The notes below the pieces were generated by a model. The model was not told where the DNA came from, searched no databases, and saw only the letters and a program-made list of their open reading frames with translations. Of a DNA stretch of 64,000 nucleotides, positions 11,381 through 25,395 are shown piece after piece. This DNA is from Paraspadella gotoi (lineage: Eukaryota; Animalia; Chaetognatha): positions 2,546,191 through 2,610,190 of the forward strand of contig CM119266.1 in NCBI GenBank assembly GCA_051294375.1, read 5' to 3'. The position numbers and the translations under genes were made by a program. Every line of letters starts with the position of its first letter. Within the stretch, counting starts at the first letter, position 1.

Positions 11381-12057
11381 TAGTGGATAATGCGCTAAGT
11401 GGGCTGAAGATGACTATCCGTAACTTCTATAACCCCTTTAGTAGCCATGGAACGGGTCCTGGGCTTGGAACCAGGCTTGAGGGTTTGCCCACGCCCCAAG
11501 GCGGCTTACGGCGTCCTCACGCTCCACAGGGTAGTACCGGGTTGGGATTGAACCCGGTACCTTAGTGGTCATGAGCCTGATGGCTTTACTCAAATGAGCC
11601 ACGGTCAGGATTGAATTTGTCATGTTTATAAGGCGGGGTGAACTAGGCAATGCCCGACTACATGCCCCCAGATGTAACCCACCCTGCCACTGCTTCCAGT
11701 GGAGGGAGGGGAGCAATCTTCAGCACGTCCATGGGCTGGAATCAGAAGTTGGATACGTTCGACAGGATGGGCTCACCATATGGATAAGGCGCTAAGTGGG
11801 CTGAAGATGATATTCGTAACTTCTATAACCCCCTTTAGTAGCCATGGAACGGGTCCTGGGCTTGGACCAGGCTTGAGGGGTTGCCCACGCCCCAAGGCGG
11901 CTTACAGCCGTCCTCACGCTTCCCACAGGGAGGTACCGGGTTTGGGATTGAATCCGGTACCTATGGTCATGAACTGATGGCTTTACTCAATGAGCCACCG
12001 GGTCAGGACTGAAAGTGTCATGTTTAAGGCGGGGTGACCTAGGCAATGCCGACTACA
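11381..12057 (-). mobile_element. TRIM (miniature non-autonomous LTR element) with tRNA-like sequence in each LTR
   Basis: Two ~280-bp direct repeats (11381-11662, ~11779-12057), ~116-bp interior with TGGTGAGCCC PBS-like and GGGGGCA PPT-like sites on the minus strand, TATA on both flanks. Confidence 0.8.
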
Positions 12058-12289
12058 TATATAAAAAAAAAATAACTACAGATTAGTATTGCACTAAATA
12101 TGACTAGTTTCAAGATAAAACTACTAAATTTTGATTCCAAACTTTCACTTAACCCTAGTAAGCAGAAAGGTGGAACAAGGTAAAAATTTAAAGAGTTCTG
12201 TATTATTAAATAACATTATAGTGAAGAGACAGTAATAATTGTCATGAGTTATGCTTCGGATCAGGCTGTAAACCGTGTTACAGAAGCAG

Positions 12290-12392
12290 GGTTAAGCGCC
12301 CCTCCTCTTAACTGCTAGGGACCAACGCGGAGCTAGAACCCGGACCTTTGGGTTGGGATGGCGAATGACTTGCCTCCTACGCATGGCCGCTG
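12290..12392 (-). mobile_element. Degenerate tRNA-derived (SINE-like) fragment
   Basis: GC-rich island; minus strand has a degenerate A box and GGTCCGGGTTCTAGCTCCG B-box/T-arm. Confidence 0.4.
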
Positions 12393-13863
12393 ATAAACGT
12401 AGATTTTAGTCTACCCATTAATACTCTAAATTGTAAATTTTATGTTTTTCTACATTTCCAAAAAAAACCGTGATGATTGATATCTATCAACGAATGAATC
12501 ATGACAAAATTTTGCATAAATAAATCAATATCTTGTAATTGTATGACATATTAAAAATTTCCAATATCATAATAAAACAAAAGCCCGTGGATGTTATCAT
12601 TTTTGAGTCTGGCCAATCCCAAAATAAGGGGTGTGAGGACTGCTGTATATATCATTTATACTTTCCCACGACTTTCTGACGTAATCGCTGCATTTCTATG
12701 TTATAAAACAGTGAGTAAATAAAAAAATTGAAAAAGAGGTATTAGTAAAATTTGAGATATCTTTGATTGGTAATTTGAAAGCCATCTGTATATCTCTGTT
12801 TTGTTTGGAGATTATGGTTTTAATAGCAGAAATATTTCTTCTTGAGTAAAAATACGCATAACTGTAATTGGAACCATAGAGGTAAACCAGATGTTAAATT
12901 TAAACTATTACTGAAAATTATGTATAAGCTTACACTCATTCCTATTAAACTTGTATGACGCAAAAAAAATTCCAAAAAATTTTAATAAAACATTATTTAA
13001 TGATATTGTTTCATCTACTGATGTTTTAAAAGCTGAGGATCCTTTTGCAAGTCCTATCAAAGACATCCGTTATTGATAATAATTGAAAATAGTGGTCTTT
13101 GAGGCTCCACTCACCAAGCCAAATTCACTGTGGCTATATAAGAACGCACCTCTTTGCAAAAACATGGTTCATCTGTTCGGTGATTGAATCATTTGAAATA
13201 TAGAAAGATTTTGCTGTATGAATCAAAGTATCTTGATGGTATTTATAAGATCCTATATCGTCAGAGCATGTTGGTTTTCTAATCTGAAAATCGGACTTGA
13301 TAGATACTTGGAAAGCAATGTTTATTATTTGTAGCACTGTAAGGGAAATAGATCAAACTACTGTTTGAACTACAAGTTGTGGAAAACTTCTAGTATACAT
13401 TGAAATAATTCATTAACAGCGCAAGTTTACTTTTGGAGCTTTTAATTTTTGGTTGTATTTTTTCAAATACAAATCTATTGAAATAGGAATTTGAACCAAG
13501 CCGAAAACAAAAAAGATAGAAGTTGTGCAAATTGTAACCAGTTTTTATAAAACTCTATAATATTTTTTTTTGCTTATATATAATAGACAACCCATATGTG
13601 CCGGAACCACACAATGAATTATTAGTATCAAACAGATGATGTGGACCAATTCTCTGAAAAATCCAAAAAGGCTGAGGTCATGTACTCAAAGGTGTTTTTA
13701 TGTCTGTGTATATGTCGATTATGTTGAGTACGATCCGATTATTAGAATTGAATTTCTTTTTCCATTTTGTACTGTATAATAAATAAAAAATAAATCAGCA
13801 ACGCTGAAAAGGTACTTCTTACAGGCCTATTATTTAGTGTAAAAAAATTAAAGCAGAGAAATA

Positions 13864-13930
13864 TGTGGATAAGGCGCTAGTGGGCTACTATCCGTAACTT
13901 CTGGCCCCCTGGGCAGTAGGCCGGAACAGG
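13864..13930 (-). repeat. Fragment of the TRIM LTR family
   Basis: tgtggataaggcgctagtgggct...tatccgtaacttct matches one end of the 11381-11662 LTR. Confidence 0.7.
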
Positions 13931-14049
13931 TTAAAAACTAGAAGTTCTCTCAAATAAATAATGTAAAGTGACTGTTAGAGATATGAAAACAAAATAATTT
14001 TAAAAAAATTATTTCATTAATAAGCGCACGGAAGCCTTTCAAAGATTAT

Positions 14050-14376
14050 TTTATTACTATATAAAGTTAAAATTTTTTTTTAAATTTTTAAATTTTTTTT
14101 GATAGATTCTGATAGAGCTTTAAAAGTTAGATAAAGGTTATTAATACAATTTTTAAAAAATTTTTTTGTTTTATTGATAAAAATTTTAAAAAACCATAAA
14201 ATTCAGCCAATGATGATGATGATTTTTTAACCTTTTTTTTGTTTTTAACCAATTTCTTGTCAAAACTTTAAAAAATTGTAGTATTAACTTTCATTTAACT
14301 TTTCAAGCTCTATAAGAATCCGTTCTTAAAAAATAAATTAAAAAAAAAATTTTATCATTTGTTATATAATAATAAT
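14050..14376. mobile_element. AT-rich fold-back (MITE-like) element; a relative lies at ~15330-15600
   Basis: gattctgatagagctttaaaagtta mirrored by taacttttcaagctctataagaatc; the same motif recurs near 15390. Confidence 0.45.
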
Positions 14377-14517
14377 TTTTATATTGGTTGTACCAATTTC
14401 ATATCAATAAATATTCAAAAGCTTCAGTGCAACAACCCAATGAACTAATTCAAAAAGTTGCATTGAAAATCGATTTTAGTAATAGAAGGAAAAAAGAAAA
14501 GTGTTCAATTTTTGCCC

Positions 14518-14735
14518 GCCCTTACTGGGCAGCTAGTATGGAACGGATCCTGGGCTTGGTACCAGGCTTGGGGTTTTCCACGCCCCCAAGGCGGTTTACG
14601 GCCGTCCTCACGCTTCCCGCAGGGTAGGTACCGGGTTGGGATTGAACCCTGTAACTAGTAGTCAATGAGCCACCGTGTAACGACTGAAGGTGTCATGCTT
14701 GTAGGCGGGGTGAACTTATGCAATGCCAGACTACA
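14518..14735 (-). repeat. Partial solo LTR of the TRIM family
   Basis: ggaacggatcctgggcttggtaccaggc...gcaatgccagactaca matches the TRIM LTR. Confidence 0.8.
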
Positions 14736-16451
14736 AAATAGCGACACTGGTCTTGCATTAATCATTCGGTTTTTTTTTGACAAACGCTTTTAATAATTAA
14801 TATAAACTTATAGAACATTTAAAATTATATAAATTATATGAACCAATATAAAAATCCACGTTCATTGTAATAAATGAGCTATTCTGCCCCTGAGCTTGGA
14901 AGGCTTTGGTGTTAAGGCCTCCATCATCCTTACAGATAATATATGCGATTTTTTTTCGAATACAACGAGGTTGATTCAGTACAATCATCATCAACAAACA
15001 AACAAACATAGACTAAGTCTGAGCAAACAAAAACATTATAAAAATAGAGAGAAAAAACAGTTAATTAAATAAAATTAATTAATTAAAATTTAAACAATTA
15101 AAAAATTGTTCTTATGTTGTAAAGAACGGAACAAGTTTCTGAAGAACAGTATTTTTCATGGTATATATCTTTGAGATAAATGTTTTCTTACGATAGCCAT
15201 AGCCGATGAAATTTAAATGCTAATGTATACAGCGTTAAAATAAATCTATCATGACCATAGATTATGGTATTAAAATATTTTTTGTCAAAAATGCTTTTTT
15301 ACTGAGGGTACTTCCGCTTAATTAAAAAATATTATATTACTATATGAGCTAAAATTTTTTTTTTTAAATCTTAAAATTTTTTGATGGGATTCTGATAGAG
15401 CATAAAAAGTTAACAAGAAATATATTACAGCATTTTTAAAAATTCTTACATTTTCTAAGTGAAAATATAAAAAAAAAATATAAAATCATCGAAAGAGAGA
15501 TGATGATATTTTTTATAGTTTTTTCTTATTTTTGACACTACTATACAATGCTTTAAAAAAATTAAAATTTAAAAAAATCAATTAAAATATATTATTAAAA
15601 AATAAAATAATTACTAGGGTATAGAGCCATATTTAGAAATTTTTTGTCCATTAAAAGTATTCTTAAAAATGTCTAAATTATNNNNNNNNNNNNNNNNNNN
15701 NNNNNNTCATCAAAAGTAGGCTCGATTCCTTATGCTTTTAAGATTTATTTTTTATTAACGTTATTGTGGTCTTCACCCTGAGCGAGCTAATTTCGTTCAG
15801 TCGTAAAAAGAGGAACTTTTCATATAATTAGCTATTGTTCTTTAAAGATATTTTTATCGCTTTCCTTTTTTTTTTTCTAGATTTTACGAGCCGGAAAAGG
15901 GGGGGGGGTTTGAGTATGAACTTTCAAACCGACGCTAAGTTGCTTATTGCAAGCACTGGCGTTTGCTTGGTAAGCTTGATGAGGTTGACTAGTAATGGGA
16001 TAGATAGAGCGAATAAACGGGAGAGAGAGATAGAGAGAAGGGAGAGAGAGGGAGAGAGAGAGAGAGAGGGAGAGCTTGACCCGCGCTGTCTGCGGGGATC
16101 CATTAGTGGAGATGACGTTTTGTTTATTTATTCCCTGTGAAACTAAGAAACTGAGAGAGAAAGATAGAGAGGGAGAAAGAGAGGGAGATAGAAAAAGAAC
16201 AAGAGAGAGAGAAAAAAANNNNNNNNNNNNNNNNNNNNNNNNNNNNNNNNNNNNNNNNNNNNNNNNNNNNNNNNNNNNNNNNNNNNNNNNNNNNNNNNNN
16301 NNNNNNNNNNNNNNNNNNNNNNNNNNNNNNNNNNNNNNNNNNNNNNNNNNNNNNNNNNNNNNNNNNNNNNNNNNNNNNNNNNNNNNNNNNNNNNNNNNNN
16401 NNNNNNNNNNNNNNNNNNNNNNNNNNNNNNNNNNNNNNNNNNNNNNNNNNN

Positions 16452-18059
16452 TTACACTTTCCCTCTCACTCCTTGGGCGAATATATATAGGCCATTAGAC
16501 TAAATGGACATAATAGATCTTAGGGCGCAAAGATTTAGAGATTATAGACTCGATTACCATATCAATACTGAACAGAGAAAAAGGGGCGAGAGGGAAAATG
16601 AGAGAGGGAGAGAGAGAGAGAGAAAGAGAGAGAGAGGGAGAGAGAGGGAGGAAGGGGAAAGGAGACGCAGGAGAAGAGAAGTTATCTTCTGGGTAGTGGG
16701 TATGTCATATCCCACACTTTCCGGTATATCATATAGATATCATATAGATTTTCCAAACTGAAACCTTTTGTTCAACTCCAAGAAAAAAGCTTAAATGCTG
16801 AAGACTCTCCCCACCCGCCCAACGACCATCAGCTCCCTTCGCGTCCATCTCTTTCACCATCTCTTTCACCATTTCTATCTTCATCTCTTTCCCCATCTCT
16901 CTTACCATCTCTTTCACCATTTCTATCTTCATCTCTTTCCCCANNNNNNNNNNNNNNNNNNNNNNNNNNNNNNNNNNNNNNNNNNNNNNNNNNNNNNNNN
17001 NNNNNNNNNNNNNNNNNNNNNNNNNNNNNNNNNNNNNNNNNNNNNNNNNNNNNNNNNNNNNNNNNNNNNNNNNNNNNNNNNNNNNNNNNNNNNNNNNNNN
17101 NNNNNNNNNNNNNNNNNNNNNNNNNNNNNNNNNNNNNNNNNNNNNNNNNNNNNNNNNNNNNNNNNNNNNNNNNNNNNNNNNNNNNNNNNNNNNNNNNNNN
17201 NNNNNNNNNNNNNNNNNNNNNNNNNNNNNNNNNNNNNNNNNNNNNNNNNNNNNNNNNNNNNNNNNNNNNNNNNNNNNNNNNNNNNNNNNNNNNNNNNNNN
17301 NNNNNNNNNNNNNNNNNNNNNNNNNNNNNNNNNNNNNNNNNNNNNNNNNNNNNNNNNNNNNNNNNNNNNNNNNNNNNNNNNNNNNNNNNNNNNNNNNNNN
17401 NNNNNNNNNNNNNNNNNNNNNNNNNNNNNNNNNNNNNNNNNNNNNNNNNNNNNNNNNNNNNNNNNNNNNNNNNNNNNNNNNNNNNNNNNNNNNNNNNNNN
17501 NNNNNNNNNNNNNNNNNNNNNNNNNNNNNNNNNNNNNNNNNNNNNNNNNNNNNNNNNNNNNNNNNNNNNNNNNNNNNNNNNNNNNNNNNNNNNNNNNNNN
17601 NNNNNNNNNNNNNNNNNNNNNNNNNNNNNNNNNNNNNNNNNNNNNNNNNNNNNNNNNNNNNNNNNNNNNNNNNNNNNNNNNNNNNNNNNNNNNNNNNNNN
17701 NNNNNNNNNNNNNNNNNNNNNNNNNNNNNNNNNNNNNNNNNNNNNNNNCATCTCTTTCCCTATCTCTTTCCCCATCTTTTTCCCCATCTCTTTCACCATT
17801 TATTCCTCCTCCATTCTCATTCCTAATTCAAGATAGAAAAAACTTCAATCAAAGATCCTGATTAGCAGCGCCCCCCTTTTCCACTCCCTTCCCCCCCCCC
17901 CAAAAAAATAATTTTCCCAAAAATCATTAATCTTCATATTTTTTTCGATTTTGCGTCGAAATTGGCGTCGGTTTCCATGACGACGGCGTCTCAGATCTTT
18001 CTGTTTCAGGAAAAAGAAGCCGACAAGATCGAGTACGTTTGCAAAGGTGTCTTTTTTTC

Positions 18060-18092
<33 letters not shown>

Positions 18093-18357
18093 TGTTGACT
18101 TATTGATTTATTGATTGATTTATTGATTTATTGATTGATNNNNNNNNNNNNNNNNNNNNNNNNNNNNNNNNNNNNNNNNNNNNNNNNNNNNNNNNNNNNN
18201 NNNNNNNNNNNNNNNNNNNNNNNNNNNNNNNNNNNNNNNNNNNNNNNNNNNNNNNNNNNNNNNNNNNNNNNNNNNNNNNNNNNNNNNNNNNNNNNNNNNN
18301 NNNNNNNNNNNNNNNNNNNNNNNNNNNNNNNNNNNNNNNNNNNNNNNNNNTATTGAT

Positions 18358-18388
<31 letters not shown>

Positions 18389-18620
18389 TTGTTGTCGCGT
18401 GCGAGAGCGTGAGACGAATAAAAATGTTTATTTTTAGAAATTGTTATTGTTTCCAACTGCTTAATATTAATTATAGCTCCTTGTTACTGTTGATCGATTT
18501 AAACTGAATTTCCTTTTTGTCGCTTTATGAAATCTGGGAATCGAAAAGAATAAAAATAAAAGTTGAATAAGATTTGACGAATAATTGATAAGAGATTTAA
18601 TCTCTCTGTCTCTGTCTCTC

Positions 18621-18651
<31 letters not shown>

Positions 18652-19320
18652 GTCTGTCTCTACTTCAAATCGGATTTTCTCGACTCATCCTTTCCCTTTC
18701 ATATTTGGGTCAAGGGCAAAGGGCGAACTGATTGGAGAAAAGGCAACGGCGAACGGCGAACGGCGAACGGCGAATGGCGAGAGGCGAACGNNNNNNNNNN
18801 NNNNNNNNNNNNNNNNNNNNNNNNNNNNNNNNNNNNNNNNNNNNNNNNNNNNNNNNNNNNNNNNNNNNNNNNNNNNNNNNNNNNNNNNNNNNNNNNNNNN
18901 NNNNNNNNNNNNNNNNNNNNNNNNNNNNNNNNNNNNNNNNNNNNNNNNNNNNNNNNAACGGCGAACGGCGAACGCGAACAGCGAACGGCGAGGGATGAAA
19001 GGCGAATGGGGACAATTGAAGAAATTAGGGAAGGGCAAACATTTCCGGGTGACAATGAAGAAAAGTGGGAAAGGGAGAAATATAACAATAGATGTAATAT
19101 TAAACATAATTATTGAATATAGGGGAATGACAAGTATTTGGTGACAACAATAACAACAACCTTCATGACTCTTGAACTTACCTAAATTGTGACCTCGGAC
19201 TTAAGGTCAAAAAGTTAACCGACCACTTGATTCGTTTTTTTAAAAATGATTGTTTGCGTCGTGACACAATTTGATTTAACAACTACAAAATTCTCGCTTA
19301 TTTGAAACAAAGAGGTTTCT
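16452..19320 (+). repeat. Copy A of a locally duplicated segment (copy B = 19463-25730, interrupted by the hAT element)
   Basis: Collinear, highly similar sequence (ttacactttccctctcactcc...agaggtttct) on both sides of a 25-N gap. Confidence 0.9.
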
Positions 19321-19401
19321 NNNNNNNNNNNNNNNNNNNNNNNNNGAGGCGAAAAAATACACTTTACCTCTATCTCTCCCTCTCTCTCTCTCTCATTCTC
19401 T

Positions 19402-19467
<66 letters not shown>

Positions 19468-19630
19468 CTTTCCCTCTCACTCCTTGGGCGAATATATATA
19501 GGCCATTAGACTAAATGGACATAATAGATCTTAGGGCGCAAAGATTTAGAGTTATAGACTCGATTACCATATCAATACTGAACAGAATAAGGGGCGAGAG
19601 GGAATATGAGAAAGGGAGAGAGAGAGAAAA

Positions 19631-19663
<33 letters not shown>

Positions 19664-19849
19664 GGGACGCAGGAGAAAAGAAGTTATCTTCTGGGTAGGG
19701 GTATGTCATATCGCACACCTTCCGGTATATCATATAGATATCATATAGATTTTCCAAACTGAAAACCTTTAGTTCAACTCCAAGAAACAAGCTTAAACTC
19801 TGAATACTCCGCCCCTCCAGCCCAACTACCATCAGCTCCCTTCGCGTCC

Positions 19850-20480
19850 AACATCTCTTTCACCATCTCTTTCACCATTTCCTTCATCATCTTTTTTACA
19901 ATTTCGTTCCCCATCTCTTTCACCATCTCTTTCTCTATCTCTTTCACCATCTCTTTCCCAACTCTTACTCCATCTTTTACAAAATTTCTTTCTCCATCTC
20001 TTTCTCCATCTCTTTCCCATCTCTTACTCCATATTTTTCTCCATCTCCTTCACCATCTTTTACACAATTCTTTCTCCATCTCTTTCTCCATCTCTTTTTC
20101 CATCTCTTCTCATTATCTTTCACAATCTCTTTCACCATCTCTTCTCCCTCTCTTTGTCCATATCTTTCACCATCTCTTTCTCCATCTCCTTCATCATCTT
20201 TTTACAATTTCTTTCCCCATCTCTATCACCATCTATTTCTCCATCTCTTTCACATCTCTTTCCCCAACTCTTACTTCATCTTTTTCTCCATCTCCTTCAC
20301 CATCTTTTACACAATTTCTTTCACCATCTCTTTCACCATTTCTATCTTCATCTCTTTCCCCATTCTCTTTCTCCGTCCCTTTCCCATCTCTTTCCCCATC
20401 TCTTTCCCCATCTTCTTTCACCATCTCTTTCCCCATCTCTTTCACCATCTCTTTCCCCATCTCTCTCACCATCTCTTTCA
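19850..20480. repeat. 12-bp minisatellite (CATCTCTTTCAC/CCC)n
   Basis: Visible degenerate tandem array; the same array flanks the N gap at 16845-17800. Confidence 0.85.
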
Positions 20481-20736
20481 TTCCTAATTCAAGATAGAAA
20501 ACTTCAATCAAAGATCCTGATTAGCAGCGCCCCCCCCTTTTCCACTCCCTTCCCCCCCCAAAAAAATAATTTTCCCAAAAACCATTAATCTTCATATTTT
20601 TTCGATTCCGCGTCGAAATTGGCGTCGGTTTCCTTGACGACGGCGTCTCAGATCTTTCTGTTTCAGGAAAAAGAAGCCGACGAGATCGAGTACGTTTGCA
20701 AAGGTGGCTTTTTTTATGATTGATTTATTGATTTAT

Positions 20737-20773
<37 letters not shown>

Positions 20774-21074
20774 TATTTATTTATTGATTTATTTATTGAT
20801 TTATTTATTGATTTATTTATTGATTTATTGATTTATTTATTGATTTATTGATTTATTGATTTATTTATTTATTTATTGATTTATTTATTGATTTTATTAT
20901 TGATTTATTTTTTGATTTACTTATTGATTTATTGATTTATTGATTTATTGATTTATTTATTTATTGTTGTCGTCGTCGCGTGCGAGAGCGTGAGACGAAT
21001 AAAATGTTTATTTTTAGAAATTGTTATTGTTTCCAACTGCTTAATATTAATGATAGCTCCTTGTTACTGTTGAT

Positions 21075-24000
21075 CAGGGTTGTGGAGCTGGCCATTTTTC
21101 TCCAGCTCCAGCTCCAACTCCAGCTCCGGCCCAAAAAAATTTCAGCTCCAGCTCCAACTCCGGCCTCCATCTTAAATTTTTTTCAGCTCCGACTCCAGCT
21201 CCAGCTCCACTAAAAATTTTGAGTCAGCTCCAGCTCCCGCTCCGGCTCCCAGCTCCGACCCTTTAAAGTTTAATGATTAATGTTGCTTATATTTAAATTA
21301 GTTCTAATTTTATTAATTTACTTATTTATAAACTTATTTATTTGCTTATATTTAAATAAATAATAATTTAATTAATTCATGTATGAAATCATTTGATAAT
21401 TCATTTATTAATAATAATTATGTATTTTTTAATATTTAATGTATGAGAACACGATTTGTACTTAAATGTAGACAAAGGAATATAAGAGAGTAAGAGATAA
21501 ACAACATTTACTCCCCACATAATTAATAGTTTATTTTACTTTATATAAAATAACATTTATCTAAAATTTACTTTTACATTTAAAATATTTGATTATTTAT
21601 TCAGGATTTTACTATCTAGTTTAAGGCTCAGTATTTCATGAGTTATGCTGCATTGAATTCTGTGTCATGTGATCACCTTTTAAGGGGATCATGAAAAGTA
21701 GGATACTTATGCACATTAAAGGTCTTTACCTTAACCTTACCTTACCATCTGACCCACCGACCGACATAAAAGGTGGCTACAGTTAGAGGAAGGGGAAGGT
21801 CTCACTCCCAATGCCAAGGAACCAAGGACAAACTTTAGCCCGCCTTGTCTTAAGGCAAGAAGAGGGCAGCCGGCAAGACATATCAGGTCAGATGAAGTAG
21901 CCCAAGGCATTTTTTCCAAGAGGTCCATAAAGTCTGGGAACTCAAGATCCAAATGACCTATGACATGCCAATGACCCGGTCACATCGTCACTGCTTTCCT
22001 TTGTCCAGAAGCGGGGGGCCAGCTCTTTCTTCTCTTATTTTTTACTAACTCTCTTCTCTTTAATGTAGTTTATTGTTACTTTTACAATTTATTATTTAAA
22101 ATGATAATGTTTGCAAACTTTAAATTGTTAATATATATTAACTTATCTCAAATATCTCTCTTTCTTTCTCCCTCACTCTTTAGTCTTTAACCTCCCACTG
22201 TCTTTTTCTTATTTTTTTTGGAAAACTCTCTCTCTCCCTCTTTCACTTTTCACACACGCAAACCTTATAAATTTGTCAAAAATTTTCACAAATGATTTAT
22301 TAATTTTTGCGCTAATGAAGACTTACATCTAAAGTTTAAAAAATTTTCCTTTTTTCTCCTTTTCAAAATAAATTTGTTGCATAAACAAAACAAGAACGGT
22401 CTATCCAATGTTTTGCGCCACAGTGACACAGTTTTATGGTTGATCACTACTGTGCAAAGTTTCATTACAAACAACCAGACATTACAAGAAATATACTGAG
22501 TTCGGGGTTCCAGCCTACACTATATGATAGTATGTGTCAACTGACTACACAAGTAATGAAAACACATTTGCACAAGAAGCATTTAGTAATGACTTACCAG
22601 TCTGCCAAGTATTACCTAAAATAACTTTCTTAGCCCGTGTATTTATGGCATGCAATATATTTATAGTATTATCTTTATAAAATAAGAAATTTTCAAAATA
22701 AATTTTCTTTAATTTTGATTGTTTCAGATTTTTCGTAAAAAATTAGACCAAAAATAAAAAACGTTATCATAAATTTTTTGTATTCAGTGTCAAAATTAGA
22801 AAAAAAAGGTCAAAATTCTCAACTTTTTAACTCTCTGAAGTAGTAACTACAGTGTATCCCAATGGTACTGTCGGTTAACTTTTACATATTGTGCGGAACT
22901 TTGTTATTAAATGTTATTTCTGAGATAACCAATGTCAAAGATAAGTTCTTACCATTTATGATACTATATTTCGAATTCAATTTTTATGAATTTTTCTTGC
23001 AGAACATTCAATTTAAATGAGTCATCATTTTCTCACTTTTTTAATTTTAGATAATTTTTTTACTTTAAAATAAATTTTATTAAAAAAATTCTTTAAAAAA
23101 ATATTTTGAATAGATATAAATTATTTCAATTTTAATTTGTATAAATAAGTGCATTAATAAAAAGGAAATAAACAAATATTAAAAACAATATAAAAATTTA
23201 TCAAAATATGTTAATTAATTTGATATTTAAATTTTATTATTTGAAGTTGTGAGCGATTGAATCATTAAGCCAGAACAAAATGGTTGCTATTTATTCAATA
23301 AATTATTATTAAATCAATTAAAAAAGTAATATGAACAAGGTAAGTAGATAATTTTAAAATAATGATTATTGCAAAGTTGTTTCTTACTGTCCTGCACCTA
23401 AAAAAAGATTTAAAACATTATTTAATCAATATTATAAAAAAATATTTGATAAATAATAAAAAATATATAATTTAAATTTTTTTTTAAAATCGCTGGAAAA
23501 ATATTTTTACCAATTGCTTTATGTAATAACTACAGGAGTTTGCTTTGTTCAATTTTTAAAATTTTGGTGTCCTATAAAATGGTCCATACTAAGCCAATGG
23601 ATTTGGCTGAACGATTATGGACGTGAGACGGTTGTGAATATACCGCCACAGGATCCCCGGCCAAAGCATCACTCAGGTTCCTCAAAGCCTGAGAGGTGTC
23701 TGACAAGACTGTTACCATAGCCGGAGAGAGTGATAGAGCACGAGTTGTGGGGCATAGGAGTTTGTTGTAGCGTACCCCAGGGGCATAGGGTTTGTCGTAA
23801 TGTACCCAAAGTCAGCAGGGCATAGGCGTTTAAATAAACCAAACCAAACATAGTAAATACTGACATACTAACACACTAACATAAAATGACATATGAATCT
23901 AAAGGACAAATGATTTAAAAAATGATAAAGTATGAATTTGATATAATTGACTTGGGTAAGTTGACTAACGTAAAAAAAACATAAATAACCAATTCTGGTG

Positions 24001-24922
24001 GTCCTATCACCACAGATGGATTAAAGCTGTTTCTTTCGCAGCGCCTCAGTGGCTCAGTGGACTAATGCAACATTCCCAATGTGCGTCCCTGGTTCGAGCC
24101 CTGAGGTTGTCATGTACAAAAGTTGCGATGGACCGGGTAACCCGCCTGTAGGAATGGGCCTACTGCCAGATCCAAAGCTCTGGACTACATGAACATGCTG
24201 TTTCGCTGTCGCCACGATGGTGACACCGCTGCGGGTGTGGCGCCCTGTAAAACCAGCCTCTTCACAATCACCAATGACCAATAACCATGACCTAAATTTG
24301 ACGTAAAGTTTAGTAAACTGAAACTGTCATGAATTTAAAGTAAACTAAAAGTGAAGCGAATATATTATAAAATAAACTAAAAGGTGTAATAAATAAATGG
24401 CATAAATACGTAATTTAATTTAGATAAATACCCTAAAATGATGCACTTGTCTTAAAATACGTTAATGTTAAATGTATTTTACGTATACTTATTTAATATA
24501 ATTGTAAATGTGTCACTATGAAACAATTAAAAAAAAAAGTTTAATTTTAAAGGAAAAAATATTTTACTAAGTCATGGCTTAACATTTAGATTTTGCAAAT
24601 GATAATTTGGATTTTGATTTCAAATCTATACTGAACAAACAAGAGACAACGTTTTAATCATGCTGAAAAAAATTAATATTATTTTTCATTTTTATAAATT
24701 TTATTATTTCCAAAAAATTTTCTTGGAGCTGGAGTTGGAAACTTTTTTTTGCCCGCTCCGACTCCAGCTCCAGCTCCGGCCAAGATAAAAATCTCAGCTC
24801 CAGCTCCAGCTCCCGCTCCGGTAGGAAAATAAGTTTCAGCTCCAGCTCCAGCTCCAGCTCCGGCCAAATATGCCAGCTCCGGCAGCTCCGACTCCAGCTC
24901 CAGCTCCAGCTCCACATCCCTG
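21075..24922. mobile_element. Non-autonomous hAT DNA transposon
   Basis: Termini CAGGGTTGTGGAGCTGG / CCAGCTCCACATCCCTG, 8-bp TSD CTGTTGAT (21067-21074, 24923-24930), subterminal (CAGCTC)n arrays, empty site at 18487-18494, no transposase ORF. Confidence 0.92.
24041..24110 (+). other. tRNA-like A/B-box module nested in the hAT element (SINE- or LTR-derived)
   Basis: gtggctcagtgg (A box) and ggttcgagccc (B box) with tRNA-like spacing but no complete cloverleaf. Confidence 0.55.
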
Positions 24923-25174
24923 CTGTTGATCGATGTAAACTGAATTCCTTTTTGTCGCTTTGTGAAATCTGGGAATCGAAAAGAATAAAAATAAAAGTTG
25001 AATAAGATTGACAAATAATTGATAAGAGATTTAATCTCTCTGTCTCTGTCTCTCTCTCTCTCTTCTGTCTGTCTCTCTCTCTGTCTGTCTCTACTTCAAA
25101 TCGGATTTTCTCTACTCATCCTTTCCCTTTCATTTTGGGTCAAGGGCCAAAGGCGAACTGATTGGAGAAAAGGC

Positions 25175-25395
25175 AACGGCGAACGGCGAACGGCGAAACG
25201 GCGAACGGCGAACGGCGAGGGGCGAAAGGCGAACGGCGAACGGCGAGGGGCGAACGGCGAGGGGCGAGGGGCGAACGGCAAACGGCAAATGGCGAGAGGC
25301 GAGGGGCGAATGGCGAATGGCGAATGGCAAACGGCAAACGGCAAACGGCAAACGGCGAACGGCGAACGGCGAACGGCGAATGGCGAGGGGCGAGG
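25175..25395. repeat. 7-bp minisatellite (GGCGAAC)n
   Basis: Visible tandem array, also at 18745-18990. Confidence 0.9.

Noticed and set aside
16076-19107. Long ORFs containing X runs
   Set aside because: They span N gaps and simple repeats
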